From the UHGV virus genome UHGV-0072939: a stretch of 55,033 nt of DNA, one strand, 5' to 3'. The stretch is from a virus. Positions 17,481 through 27,054 of the stretch are shown one piece after another. The translations under genes were made by a program, and so were the position numbers. Under the pieces are notes generated by a model. That model was given only the letters and a program-made list of their open reading frames with translations, was not told the origin of the DNA and searched no databases. Position 1 is the stretch's first letter; each line of letters starts with the position of its first letter.

Positions 17481-19114
17481 TTTTCCTCCGGGTCTTTAAT
17501 CGTTTCGGGGGCGAATACATCCGCCTGCGCCCAGCTGGGTAGCGGCAGCCCGCGTTTCTTACAGGCATCAATTTCACGCTGGCGCTGATCGAGCACTTCT
17601 TCCCAGTCTTCACCGACGTTCTCACCCACCTCAATTTCGAGGGTGGAAAGCCCGGCATCCAGGCCAAGAATGGCGCCTTTCTTCTCTGCAACCGGATCCA
17701 CCCAGCCGCGGCCCGGCCCCATCCAGCGCGCGCGGGAATAGGCTGCTCTGGCGTCAACGAAGTCCGGTGCGCCGGCAGGCAGGGGTAAATCCTCGTTGTC
17801 GTGCACTTCCTCAGCAAAAGCGGTCACCACAGGTTGTGCGGTTCCCATGGCGAAATCGTCGCGGCGCCGGGTCAGCGTCTTCCAGGCCTCCAGCAGCGAA
17901 GAGCGCGCGGAGCTGTAGTTAACGTCAGACCAGTCCTGGGTGACCTGCTGCGGCGATAAGCCGGTACCGGAGGAGAAATTGCGCAGCACGGCAGATTCGA
18001 ACACCTCGAAGTTGCTGTAGGGCCTAGCCGCATTGACCGTGGTGATTTTTTCCCCGGGGTAAAGAATGGGCATACGGGCACCGTTCTGTAGGGTAAGCCG
18101 CCTGTCGTTGTGGAACTCAACACGTCCATCCTGATAAACACCCAGCTCGGATTCGTCATAGGTTTCCCCCATCGCTGCCTGTACCGCTGCCGGGTCATAG
18201 GGTGACTCGATATAGGCTGCAAAAATGGCGTTGAGAATGGCGGCCTCGAGCTCACTCTGGTCGTACTTCACCAGCATTTTCAGGCGCTGGACCACCGGCG
18301 TCAGGATGCCGTTTCCGCGATGCTGCGCACCGCGCTCATGGTCAAAGTCATGTACCACATGCGGGCGTCCCCAGGCCGTCTCGCGCGGGATACGCTGCCA
18401 GGTCATGGTTCTGGCCCCGCTCCACCAGTCACCGATATGGGCCTCCCGGATGTGGTAGGCCACCGGCGCACCGTCGGCGTCAATCTCCACACCGCCACGA
18501 ATATGCGGCATATCGAAATTCTGCTGCGGATTGCTGAGGCGATCAGGATCTACAACCTGCACCGTGGTGGCATAGCGCCCCCGTCCTCGTCCCAGCCGGT
18601 CCGTCCGGTACTGGAGCACCAGCAGCGCATCACCATCGATTAACTTATGGCGAAATGCCAGCCGTAGCATCTGGGGAACCGTCAGCTTGCGCTCGGCATC
18701 GCAGTAGCGCCCGGGGTCATATGCCCAGGTTCGCCAGTGCGCCTCCAGTGCCTTGCCATACTCTTCAGCCCACGTGGCATCGAATGACGGGTTCCCGGTC
18801 ATCATCATGAGTACCCGGTGATCCGGTTTCATAATGGGACGGAAGTTTGCACCGACAGCATTGTCCAGCAGACGGGTCACCGCACCGTTAGCCCAGCCAT
18901 CGTTACGGACCAGGTCCCGCGCGCGGGAGACAATCCGGTCCCGGTAGATGTTGATTTCGTTATCCGGCGACCAGAGCGCCGGTTGCCAGTTCGCCAGCTG
19001 GTCACTGAACGAATCCGCCGCGTCATAGGGCACGCGACTGCCGCCCACAAGCATCGAGGGCCGCGCCGGGCGTACCGGCTGACCGTCCGGCCCCAGTATC
19101 TGTACTTTATTCAT
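17477..19114 (-). CDS. portal protein, lambda gpB family
   Basis: 545 aa; position between gpW-like and protease genes; recalled lambda-type portal features. Confidence 0.85.
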   Translation of the reverse strand: MNKVQILGPDGQPVRPARPSMLVGGSRVPYDAADSFSDQLANWQPALWSPDNEINIYRDRIVSRARDLVRNDGWANGAVTRLLDNAVGANFRPIMKPDHRVLMMMTGNPSFDATWAEEYGKALEAHWRTWAYDPGRYCDAERKLTVPQMLRLAFRHKLIDGDALLVLQYRTDRLGRGRGRYATTVQVVDPDRLSNPQQNFDMPHIRGGVEIDADGAPVAYHIREAHIGDWWSGARTMTWQRIPRETAWGRPHVVHDFDHERGAQHRGNGILTPVVQRLKMLVKYDQSELEAAILNAIFAAYIESPYDPAAVQAAMGETYDESELGVYQDGRVEFHNDRRLTLQNGARMPILYPGEKITTVNAARPYSNFEVFESAVLRNFSSGTGLSPQQVTQDWSDVNYSSARSSLLEAWKTLTRRRDDFAMGTAQPVVTAFAEEVHDNEDLPLPAGAPDFVDARAAYSRARWMGPGRGWVDPVAEKKGAILGLDAGLSTLEIEVGENVGEDWEEVLDQRQREIDACKKRGLPLPSWAQADVFAPETIKDPEEK

Positions 19115-19374
19115 CAGAATCGAAACCTCACTGGTTTCCGTGGACGCACGACGATTCCCAGTTGCGCCTGCAGGAGCTGGATCAGCGCCAGCAGGTCTGC
19201 CAGGGTGCTTTGCTGGTAGGACACGGAGCGGGTGCCGTCTCCCTGGGAATAGGAAAACGAAACACCGTGGCTGCCGGTCGCTAAATCAATGTAGGCCTGC
19301 TGAGCTTTGGCGAGCGCAGCCCTGAGCTGTTCGTCGCTCATGCCAGCCAGCAGGCTGGTGTTCCGGTTAAACAT
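19114..19374 (-). CDS. head-tail joining protein gpW-like
   Basis: 86 aa between terminase large subunit and portal, as in lambda A-W-B. Confidence 0.7.
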   Translation of the reverse strand: MFNRNTSLLAGMSDEQLRAALAKAQQAYIDLATGSHGVSFSYSQGDGTRSVSYQQSTLADLLALIQLLQAQLGIVVRPRKPVRFRF

Positions 19375-19382
19375 ACTTTTCC

Positions 19383-21512
19383 TTATTGCGGCAGGAGTTT
19401 TGACAGTCGCTTACGTTTGACGGGTGCAGGCTCTTCAATAACGGCCCCCGGTAATTCGTAGCTGATGGTTTCTTCCGGTACGGCCGGCGCCAGCAGGAAT
19501 TTATCCGGATTGGCTTCCAGATTCGCGGCGCGCACGTTCAGCTTGAGCCCCATGTGCATCAGGCCACACAGCGCGGCGTAGCTATACACCCGGCAGTCGA
19601 GCGCTTCGTTTGCCCTGCCGGGAATGGCTTCCCAGACGCTGAAGCGCTGCCCGGCAATGACTTTGTACACAAGGCGCTCAGCCAGCAGCTGGTTGAAATA
19701 GCCGATATCCCGATCGTCAGGGAAATGCATATACCCCGGCGCGGCCATACCCGGCGCAGGTGGCTCGATATGCAGCCGCCCGCGGATCACATCCTTCGCG
19801 GAGTTGACCCCCAGAATGATCGGCCGGAACTGCGCCTTGCTCTTCGATGAAGGACGTTTGGTTGGCCAGACCGGATTTCGCTTGCCTCCTTGTGCCGATT
19901 CACCTTTGACAGCCCAGATTCGGCGGTTGAGCCGCTCTTTCGCAAACTCGTAGACCTTCTGGGTATGGTGACCGCCGGAGTCATGGCAGGCCGCCATAAT
20001 GGTCAGTCCCCTGCCATCGTTCCGGCGCCATATCTGCTTCAGGTACGCATCCAGACGCCGCCAGGGTTCATCCGTTTCCAGATCGCCGTAGATGACATCA
20101 TGGGAGACAGACCAGGACTCTTCGTTTTTACCCCAGCCCGTCACTTCGATTTCGAAGCGATCGTCCTGGGTATCAATCCCGGCCGTCAGCAGGGCAACAC
20201 CATCCGGCACTTTCGCCGGAAAGACCTCCCTGCGGGCCAGCAGGATATCCACCGGCAGCTGCTTGCCGTGGTTTGGTCGGTGCGGCAGTCCCATCTGGGT
20301 ATTCCACCAGGCCTGCTCTTTATCCGGGTCTCCCTTCGCTTTGATGTATTTTTCAGCGATGTCAGCGGGTTTATCCTTCTGCCAGGGGCTGAACAACTTG
20401 GACGCCTGGTACCCGGCATGGTGGTTATCGACCGCTTCACGCCCACAGTCAGGACAGATGGCGCGGTAAACCGCATGGCGTTCAGATTCCGACCATCGCC
20501 ATACTTTTTCAATGCTGCCGTCATCCTCTGCCCGCCAGGCCAGATCATAATCCATCAGCGGTGAATGCCTTTCTCCGCAGCACTCGAACGGCCGGGTCTG
20601 ATGCCAGCGAATGGTCTGCAGAGCCCTTAGCCGCTCCCCCTCCGACCAGCCGGCACCACAGCACTCACAGTGGAGCATCGCTGATTTGGTCATGTGTTTA
20701 TCCCCGTCCTTCGGCCACTGGACGTGTTTAAAAAAGTCAGGAAACTGTCGGTGACCACAGTGCGGACACACCACCGAGGCCCGGCGCTGGTCAGATTCGG
20801 CATAGCTGTCGGCAATCCGGCTTTCGTCTTCCACCGTCGGCGAGCAGGCACGAACCGACAGCCAGGTGAGACCAAACGTCGCCGTGCGCTCTTCCGCCAG
20901 CGCAATGGGGTCGCCTTCGCGGGTGATCGGGTATTTATCCACCTCATCCGCCAGCAGGACACGAATCGGACGGCGCGCGAGGTTATCGGGACTACCGGCA
21001 CCCGCCAGCGCCAGAAAGCCGCCGGTGAACGCCTTATAGAGAATGGTTTCTTTCGAGCTCTTCTGCTTTGAGTCGCCGATGATTCTGCGCAGTGCCGGCG
21101 TCACCCTCACCAGCGGGCTGATGCGTTCCTTCGAGAACTGCTCGGCCGCTTCCTCTTTCGGCTGCAGCAGCAGTATCGGGCAGGGATCGAGATGCGCGAA
21201 ATAACCAAACAGGTTTTCCAGCAGCGCGGTTTTCATCAGCTGCGTGCAGCACATCACCGTAATGATGTGAACGCCTGATTCTGTCGCCGCCAGCATCGGG
21301 CCGCGGGCGATCTCCACGGTGGACGTCTCCCAGTTGCCCGACGTACTCCCGGCTTCCTTCGCCAGTTTGCGATAATCATCAGCCCACTGCGGAACGCTGA
21401 TCCTCGGCGGCGGCGTCCAGCCTTTTCGGACGCTCAGCTCAAGACGCTCAATCTTCTGCCGGGGTAAATTCTGGCTCTCCGAGGACTGAGATATGTTTGT
21501 GGACATGTTCAA
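19383..21512 (-). CDS. terminase large subunit, lambda gpA family
   Basis: 709 aa; size, position and recalled GpA family resemblance. Confidence 0.9.
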   Translation of the reverse strand: MNMSTNISQSSESQNLPRQKIERLELSVRKGWTPPPRISVPQWADDYRKLAKEAGSTSGNWETSTVEIARGPMLAATESGVHIITVMCCTQLMKTALLENLFGYFAHLDPCPILLLQPKEEAAEQFSKERISPLVRVTPALRRIIGDSKQKSSKETILYKAFTGGFLALAGAGSPDNLARRPIRVLLADEVDKYPITREGDPIALAEERTATFGLTWLSVRACSPTVEDESRIADSYAESDQRRASVVCPHCGHRQFPDFFKHVQWPKDGDKHMTKSAMLHCECCGAGWSEGERLRALQTIRWHQTRPFECCGERHSPLMDYDLAWRAEDDGSIEKVWRWSESERHAVYRAICPDCGREAVDNHHAGYQASKLFSPWQKDKPADIAEKYIKAKGDPDKEQAWWNTQMGLPHRPNHGKQLPVDILLARREVFPAKVPDGVALLTAGIDTQDDRFEIEVTGWGKNEESWSVSHDVIYGDLETDEPWRRLDAYLKQIWRRNDGRGLTIMAACHDSGGHHTQKVYEFAKERLNRRIWAVKGESAQGGKRNPVWPTKRPSSKSKAQFRPIILGVNSAKDVIRGRLHIEPPAPGMAAPGYMHFPDDRDIGYFNQLLAERLVYKVIAGQRFSVWEAIPGRANEALDCRVYSYAALCGLMHMGLKLNVRAANLEANPDKFLLAPAVPEETISYELPGAVIEEPAPVKRKRLSKLLPQ

Positions 21513-22011
21513 TCAGCACCTCTGTCATCCTGTCCGCCGGTACATCCAGATCAGCGGCCATCAGCGGCGCCACCCTGGACGGCCAGTTGAGCCAGGCATC
21601 ACGCTGCTGGCGAAAGGCGTTGAAAAGAACCTCCTCGGCAACCACCAGCTCAACGAGCTGGCCACTGTCTTTTTCGTACTGCAGTTTGGCCTGCAGGGCC
21701 ATATAGTTTTCGCGGATACGCGCCGCCTCCTCCCGCGAAAGGCCTGCGCCTTCGGTGAGCATTATCTGGCGTACGGTATTCCCGATGTCATCCCCGTCAT
21801 CATCGCTGGCAACAGGGGCTTTCTTTTTCTTCGCGTTCGAAGCGCGCGGGTCTTTGCCATCGCGGTTTTTCTTCAGTGCGGCATCGCTGGCCTGAACATC
21901 AATCAGGTCCCCATCCATCACAATGAAGCGACCCGCTTTAATCCAGCGTCCGATGGTCTTGCGATCGACACCCGAATGTTGTGCGTACTGACTCTGGTTC
22001 ATCGTGGTCAT
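21448..22011 (-). CDS. terminase small subunit, Nu1-like
   Basis: 187 aa; N-terminal HTH-like region (QYAQHSGVDRKTIGRWIKAG); overlaps start of the large subunit; adjacent to a repeat array. Confidence 0.7.
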   Translation of the reverse strand: MTTMNQSQYAQHSGVDRKTIGRWIKAGRFIVMDGDLIDVQASDAALKKNRDGKDPRASNAKKKKAPVASDDDGDDIGNTVRQIMLTEGAGLSREEAARIRENYMALQAKLQYEKDSGQLVELVVAEEVLFNAFRQQRDAWLNWPSRVAPLMAADLDVPADRMTEVLIEHVHKHISVLGEPEFTPAED

Positions 22012-22158
22012 GGGACATCACCTGGGACATTTTCAGGGGTGGGACATTTACCTGGGACATTTTTGCGATGTCCCACCGGAATGTCCCACTGGAATAAACA
22101 GGAATAGCCAGCACTGGTGCGGTGTCAGGCGCGATCGCCCCGGGTGGGACATGGGACA
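22011..22158. repeat. array of 7-8 copies of TGGGACA(T) in both orientations upstream of the terminase small subunit gene; candidate cosB/terminase-binding region
   Basis: copies read directly at 22011, 22023, 22040, 22053, 22145, 22152 (direct) and 22068, 22081 (inverted). Confidence 0.55.
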
Positions 22159-22252
22159 CAAATCTGAAACCTGTAGCTAGGAAAACACCGCGGCGCGCAA
22201 TGCCCGTGCAATATGATCCCCTCAGGAAGGACCCAAACCCACCGGGGTGGGG

Positions 22253-22606
22253 TCACAAGGCATGCTGGAAAAGAAAAATACGCGTGATGCTATCCTGACG
22301 GAAATGGAAACGATCGCGGGCAATGTTTAACAATCCACCCTCCCCGAACCGCTCAAACTCTTCGGCGCAGCGTATGGCGTCATCAAAAACATAAATATCG
22401 GGCGGCGGTAATGTGAGGCTTCTCACGTTGTCTGCGGGGAGAATACGGCCACCAAAGAGACCTGGGCGGATATTATTCACATCACGCATCGTAGGTACGA
22501 TTAATTGCACATGCAGACCAGCTGCTTCAAATCCACTCGCTAATGCCAGTGCGGCGCTTGTCATTCCACTATGGCGCTTAATAAGAATTGTTGCTGTGTT
22601 GCTCAT
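22253..22606 (-). CDS. hypothetical protein (117 aa)
   Basis: GAGGA SD before ATG 22606; no family recognised. Confidence 0.4.
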   Translation of the reverse strand: MSNTATILIKRHSGMTSAALALASGFEAAGLHVQLIVPTMRDVNNIRPGLFGGRILPADNVRSLTLPPPDIYVFDDAIRCAEEFERFGEGGLLNIARDRFHFRQDSITRIFLFQHAL

Positions 22607-22613
22607 GATGTCC

Positions 22614-23255
22614 TCATTTCGCTGTTCGGAGCGCCTCCGCTATAGCCTGATTCAATGCAGACGGTAGCAGCGCGTTGGCCATGGAGTTTGCCCGGTCCAT
22701 ATAGCCCAGCGTGGGTTTTACTGGCAACGCGTCACCAAAGCGGATAAGCAGTTTTGGCGTGCGTTGTTTAACCTTCTCCCGACGCGTTCCATTCGGCGAG
22801 CGTTTCGCCCGCTTCTTCCCTTTCCTGGTCCTGGCCTTTCTGCGCTGCCAGACGGCGTTAACACCACCGACATCACCGATGAAAACATTTGGCTTCGCCT
22901 TAAGCTGAGAAAGCTTGTTACGCGGCAGGTTGCCGAATTTATTCAGCTTAATGTCTTTGGGATTTAGCAGCGCGCTGCCATTGAGCTTATGTTCGCCGCC
23001 AAACTCAAACGGCTCGAGGTAATCCGCGGCAGTATCGCGAACGAACACTTTCGCGCGCAGACTGTTTTTTCGGGCAGCCACAGAGCCGACCGACTTCACG
23101 GTGAAAGGTGTGGGATTGTCCAGATGACGTTCGAACGCCGTTTTCTGAGCCGTTTCTATCTGCCGAACGACCTTTGTCATCGCCTGCGCAGTTGCGAATG
23201 GGATTTGTTTTTGCAGCTGCTGGAGCTGGCGGGATAAATCCTTCAGTGCCGCCAT
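22614..23255 (-). CDS. hypothetical basic protein (213 aa, Lys/Arg-rich centre)
   Basis: ORF with start at 23255..23253; no family recognised. Confidence 0.4.
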   Translation of the reverse strand: MAALKDLSRQLQQLQKQIPFATAQAMTKVVRQIETAQKTAFERHLDNPTPFTVKSVGSVAARKNSLRAKVFVRDTAADYLEPFEFGGEHKLNGSALLNPKDIKLNKFGNLPRNKLSQLKAKPNVFIGDVGGVNAVWQRRKARTRKGKKRAKRSPNGTRREKVKQRTPKLLIRFGDALPVKPTLGYMDRANSMANALLPSALNQAIAEALRTAK

Positions 23256-23256
23256 A

Positions 23257-23685
23257 TCAGATGTCCGGTTTTACAGATAACCCTTCTACCTTGTCGCGGG
23301 CAATGGCGACGCACAGTCGCATCAGAAGTACCACCAGCACATAACACACGGCGGTGAATACCCAGCCGGAGAATGAGAGCAAAGAGGCGATGGCCGCATC
23401 TTCAACCCAGCGCAGCACCCGGAAGAAAATCCCTTTTTTCTTCGTTGCGTCACTGATGGACTCAATCGCTTTTTGTCTGGCGTCTTTGCCCTCAATGCCA
23501 GACGCCCCATAGCTAACAATAAGAATGATGGCGCTGGCAAATAAACCGGCGAACATAATTACCCAATAGGCGGCAGCAGATACACCGATCAGCGACTTAG
23601 CCCCGGTAAATGTCGCATAGCCGAGCAACAATAGAATCCCGTATGAAAAGATGCCGATGATAACCTTGATAAAAAACTTACTCAT
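23257..23685 (-). CDS. hypothetical multi-pass membrane protein (142 aa)
   Basis: several hydrophobic helices; lies just downstream of Rz. Confidence 0.45.
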   Translation of the reverse strand: MSKFFIKVIIGIFSYGILLLLGYATFTGAKSLIGVSAAAYWVIMFAGLFASAIILIVSYGASGIEGKDARQKAIESISDATKKKGIFFRVLRWVEDAAIASLLSFSGWVFTAVCYVLVVLLMRLCVAIARDKVEGLSVKPDI

Positions 23686-23821
23686 GGTATTTCCTTTTAG
23701 GCGTGAGCCTGTCGCATGGCAAAGCCGCCAAGAGCAAACGACTCACCCAGGCTCACCACTGAAAGTCTCTTTTAGGGAATGCGCATGCGAAGCGCATGAA
23801 AAAGCCCCGCATGAGCGAGGC

Positions 23822-24352
23822 TTAATGGTTTTGCAGGGCAGCGTATGCCCTTTGACATGCATCTCCCCTTATTCGGGATTCGTCAGCAATTTCTGCCAGT
23901 CTCTGCGCGCGTTCGTCAGCGCGAGCGTACAACTCGGCGAGCACTCCGGCACCAGGGGTTGTTGCACGGCTTCCGGTGGCAGTGCCGGTATTGCCGGAGG
24001 CGCGACTTTGCTGCAGCTGGCGGGCGTAATCGGCGACCTGCTGGCGCAGGCTGTCAGCGTCAGTACGAGCGTGAGCAGCATCAGCCTGAGCGCGGGTGAG
24101 TTGCTGAGATGCCTGCGCGGCGGCTTTGGCAATACCATTCTGTCTCTCCTGTTCGGTTTGTCTGTTTTTAGCCTGCAGGTCAGCTACCGCCTGTACGTCA
24201 GCAGCATCGCGGGCAGTCCATTTTTCCTGCCAGGCGTTATCAGTGGCTGTAACACCCGCGACATATCGCCAGTGACCAAAGGCCCATAACGACAAAGCCA
24301 CCAGCACGATTAGCGCCAGTGGCTTCCAGTACTTCCCCAGGAGAAGCGTCAC
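23822..24352 (-). CDS. i-spanin Rz-like lysis protein
   Basis: 176 aa; N-terminal TM helix then long Ala/Gln/Arg-rich coiled-coil; ATGA overlap with lysozyme gene. Confidence 0.7.
   Translation of the reverse strand: MTLLLGKYWKPLALIVLVALSLWAFGHWRYVAGVTATDNAWQEKWTARDAADVQAVADLQAKNRQTEQERQNGIAKAAAQASQQLTRAQADAAHARTDADSLRQQVADYARQLQQSRASGNTGTATGSRATTPGAGVLAELYARADERAQRLAEIADESRIRGDACQRAYAALQNH
23869..24081 (-). CDS. o-spanin Rz1-like lipoprotein embedded in Rz in the +1 frame
   Basis: 70 aa from ATG 24081; lipobox LTAC, Pro-rich mature region. Confidence 0.6.
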   Translation of the reverse strand: MLLTLVLTLTACASRSPITPASCSKVAPPAIPALPPEAVQQPLVPECSPSCTLALTNARRDWQKLLTNPE

Positions 24353-24789
24353 GACAAGAACAGAGCGCGCTCTGCCTCACGCCGTTTGACCAGGCCATTA
24401 AGCACTTTACCGCCGGCTTTATTCCATTTCGGAAACTCATCAGCTGCGCCGCGGTAATCGCCAGCGTTCAGCTTCTTCAGCAGCGTGGAGCTTTCAAGTG
24501 CCCCGACGCCGATGTTATATGCGAAGCCCACCAGCGCATCGAACTGGTTCTGGTTCAGCACCACCCTGACCAGACGATTCACGCCGTTTACGTACTGCAC
24601 TACACCGCTCACCAGCAGGTTATCGGCAGTAGCCTGTGTAATAATCATTCCACTACCGACCGGAACACCACCTACAGGCTGCGTCCATCCATAGCCGATG
24701 GTCCATACGCCTACACTGTCCTGATAGGCCGACAGGCGACAGTCCTCGAATTGCTTGATAAGGGAGAGACCCTTTCCACTGATTTGCAT
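24349..24789 (-). CDS. endolysin, glycoside hydrolase family 24 lysozyme
   Basis: 146 aa from ATG 24789 (TAATG overlap with upstream gene); MQISGKGLSLIKQFEDCRLSAYQD and GYGWT motifs typical of T4/P22-type lysozymes. Confidence 0.85.
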   Translation of the reverse strand: MQISGKGLSLIKQFEDCRLSAYQDSVGVWTIGYGWTQPVGGVPVGSGMIITQATADNLLVSGVVQYVNGVNRLVRVVLNQNQFDALVGFAYNIGVGALESSTLLKKLNAGDYRGAADEFPKWNKAGGKVLNGLVKRREAERALFLS

Positions 24790-25064
24790 TACGTTGCCCT
24801 CACAAATTTTGCCAGATTGCCGCCAGCAAGCCACACGGCAATGCATACCGTCACATTGATCATGAATTCGCCGGGGTCAACCTGCATATAATCGCCGTGG
24901 ATGATCCGGAACGCGGTATACCCGGCGGAAAGAATAATCAGGTAGGCAAACACCGAGACGCCCAAGCGGTGAGCTTTTCCGGCTTTATTGAAAAACAGCA
25001 GCCGGAACATAATCAGCAGGCATATCATCGCGTTTGCATGAAGCATCAGGTATTGCCATGTCAT
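24789..25064 (-). CDS. small membrane protein, holin/antiholin-like
   Basis: 91 aa with 2-3 hydrophobic helices, between holin candidate and endolysin. Confidence 0.5.
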   Translation of the reverse strand: MTWQYLMLHANAMICLLIMFRLLFFNKAGKAHRLGVSVFAYLIILSAGYTAFRIIHGDYMQVDPGEFMINVTVCIAVWLAGGNLAKFVRAT

Positions 25065-25459
25065 TCATCACCTCCATCCAGCCCAGGGAGTTTCCCTTTT
25101 TTGGATCTGGCCAGAATGCGAAGCAGAATAGCGACAGAAATGGAGGCAGCAACCAATGCACCGATATTCGGAGATACCTCAATAGTCACCGGCGGTGTTA
25201 ATACGCTCAATGCGGCATTGATCACGGCAGCCAGAATCTTCGCCATCGGTCCTGAGAAGGAAACCCCACCCAGGAACGAGATAACAGCGAATATTGCCTG
25301 TTTCCATATCTGGTGGGGATCAGAGGTCAACACATACAGTGCTGCACCACTCAGAGAGAAAACCATGACTCCTGGTGTCGCCTCCGGAAACCAGGTTGCT
25401 AGCGTCGCACCTACAAACCCGGCAGTTACGCCACCAGCTACAGTTACAGGATCGGACAT
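25061..25459 (-). CDS. putative holin (membrane protein)
   Basis: 132 aa, hydrophobic helices, charged C-terminus (RSKKGKLPGLDGGDE); first gene of lysis cassette. Confidence 0.55.
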   Translation of the reverse strand: MSDPVTVAGGVTAGFVGATLATWFPEATPGVMVFSLSGAALYVLTSDPHQIWKQAIFAVISFLGGVSFSGPMAKILAAVINAALSVLTPPVTIEVSPNIGALVAASISVAILLRILARSKKGKLPGLDGGDE

Positions 25460-25607
25460 TAAGCCCCCTCGTTATTGCTGTGAGTCCTCTCAGAATTGAG
25501 GGGATAAGGAATCAGGCTCGCGGGCTCTTATGTAAAAATGAAGGTAAGGGTGATTCCCGGAGCCTGAAGTGGTTGGTCACCACAGCTACAGGGAGCGTGA
25601 TGATCCG

Positions 25608-26660
25608 TTATGTCTGGTTGAGCGCCTGCAGCTCGCTGACCGTCTGAATAAATCGCTCGGTCTCAAGCTCTACGCCGATCGCCCGGCGCCCAAGCTCCAT
25701 TGCCGCTTTCACGGTGGAACCCGAGCCCATAAAAAAATCGGCTACCGTGTCGCCCGGCCTGCTGCTGGCGCTGATAATCTGCCTGAGCATGTCAGCAGGT
25801 TTTTCGCAGGGATGCTTCCCCGGGTAAAACTGCACAGGCTTGTGGGTCCATACGTCGGTATACGGAACCGAGACGGATACAGAGAAACAGCGCCGGAGAG
25901 TTTTGTATTCCTCCAACAGCGCTGAATATTTCCGGTTGAGCGACTGGTATGTGCCCACCAGCTGGTGGTGTGGATGTTCAAGTTCCTGCCGCTGGTGCTT
26001 TTCTGCCGCGATGCGGGTGAACAGCTGCTGCAGCGTCAGGTAATCATTCTCGTTCGGTAACTGCCACTGGCTGGCGCTAAACCAGTGCGAGACCATATTC
26101 TTTTTGCCCGTGGCGTCGGCGATAGCTTTGCTCGTTACGCCAAGTGCCTCGCGGGCGTTGCGGAAATAGTCAATCAGCGGCGTCATGACATGCTGCTTGA
26201 GCTCGTTGCTTTTGCGGTCGTAACCGTCATCCTTCTCTTTGTATGGTCCCGTGTGATGTTCAGCAAAAAGAATACGCTCGGTTGCCGGGAAGTAAGCGCG
26301 AAGGCTTTCTTTATTACAGCCATTCCAGCGGCCAGAGGGCTTTGCCCAGATAATATGATTCAGGACGTTGAACCGCGCCCGCATCATGATTTCAATATCA
26401 GATGCCAGTCGATGCCCGGAGAACAGATACAGGCAGCCGGCTGGTTTAAGCACTCGCCAGAATTCCGCCAGACATCCGTCAAGCCAGAGCAGGTAGTCCT
26501 CATCCCCTTTCCACTGGTTGTCCCATCCGTCCGGTTTCACTTTGAAGTAAGGCGGATCGGTAACAATCAGGTCAATGGAGTTGTCCGGGAGAGAAGCGAT
26601 GAAATGCAGACAGTCAGCGTTGATTAACTCAACACTGTTTATTTTTACAGTATTTTTCAT
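25608..26660 (-). CDS. orphan DNA methyltransferase, amino-methyltransferase (N6-adenine or N4-cytosine) with DPPY motif
   Basis: 350 aa; DPPY near N-terminus and FFMGSGST (AdoMet-binding) near C-terminus, i.e. beta-class motif order; no adjacent restriction endonuclease gene. Confidence 0.8.
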   Translation of the reverse strand: MKNTVKINSVELINADCLHFIASLPDNSIDLIVTDPPYFKVKPDGWDNQWKGDEDYLLWLDGCLAEFWRVLKPAGCLYLFSGHRLASDIEIMMRARFNVLNHIIWAKPSGRWNGCNKESLRAYFPATERILFAEHHTGPYKEKDDGYDRKSNELKQHVMTPLIDYFRNAREALGVTSKAIADATGKKNMVSHWFSASQWQLPNENDYLTLQQLFTRIAAEKHQRQELEHPHHQLVGTYQSLNRKYSALLEEYKTLRRCFSVSVSVPYTDVWTHKPVQFYPGKHPCEKPADMLRQIISASSRPGDTVADFFMGSGSTVKAAMELGRRAIGVELETERFIQTVSELQALNQT

Positions 26661-27054
26661 AGATCAGTAAGCGTAACTTTGATAGGCTCACTTCGCTTTT
26701 GCGCTAAAGCAATGGGCCCTGGTTAGCTTGTGACCTGAAAGCATGAGCTGATGGCTGGCCGGGTGCGCTAACACCCACCAGCCGCCCATTTTCACAGCAT
26801 CTGAAATCCCACCAATGCAGGATCTGTAATTGTTGCCGCTATAGGTCGTGCGGCGCACCATCTCATTTTTAGGCTACTTACGCGTTAAACCGGGCGCCAA
26901 CCGTAACTCAGTGATGCATTACGCCACCTTTCCCTCACTACGTCGCCGTGGGAACCCGACCGGATTAACACCGTCGTCACGCAGCCTGAACCCAATCAGG
27001 CATCCAATATGAGGTCTGTCCGTTTAGCGGATCATAGTTGCATCCTCCAGAAAG

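Noticed and set aside
21493-22107. 204-aa plus-strand ORF
   Set aside because: Antisense to the terminase small subunit gene and the cos repeat array; no RBS; the minus-strand gene has clear homology
22011-22158. Possible CRISPR array
   Set aside because: Repeats are 7-8 bp, irregularly spaced and in both orientations, with no uniform spacers and no cas genes; consistent with terminase binding sites rather than CRISPR
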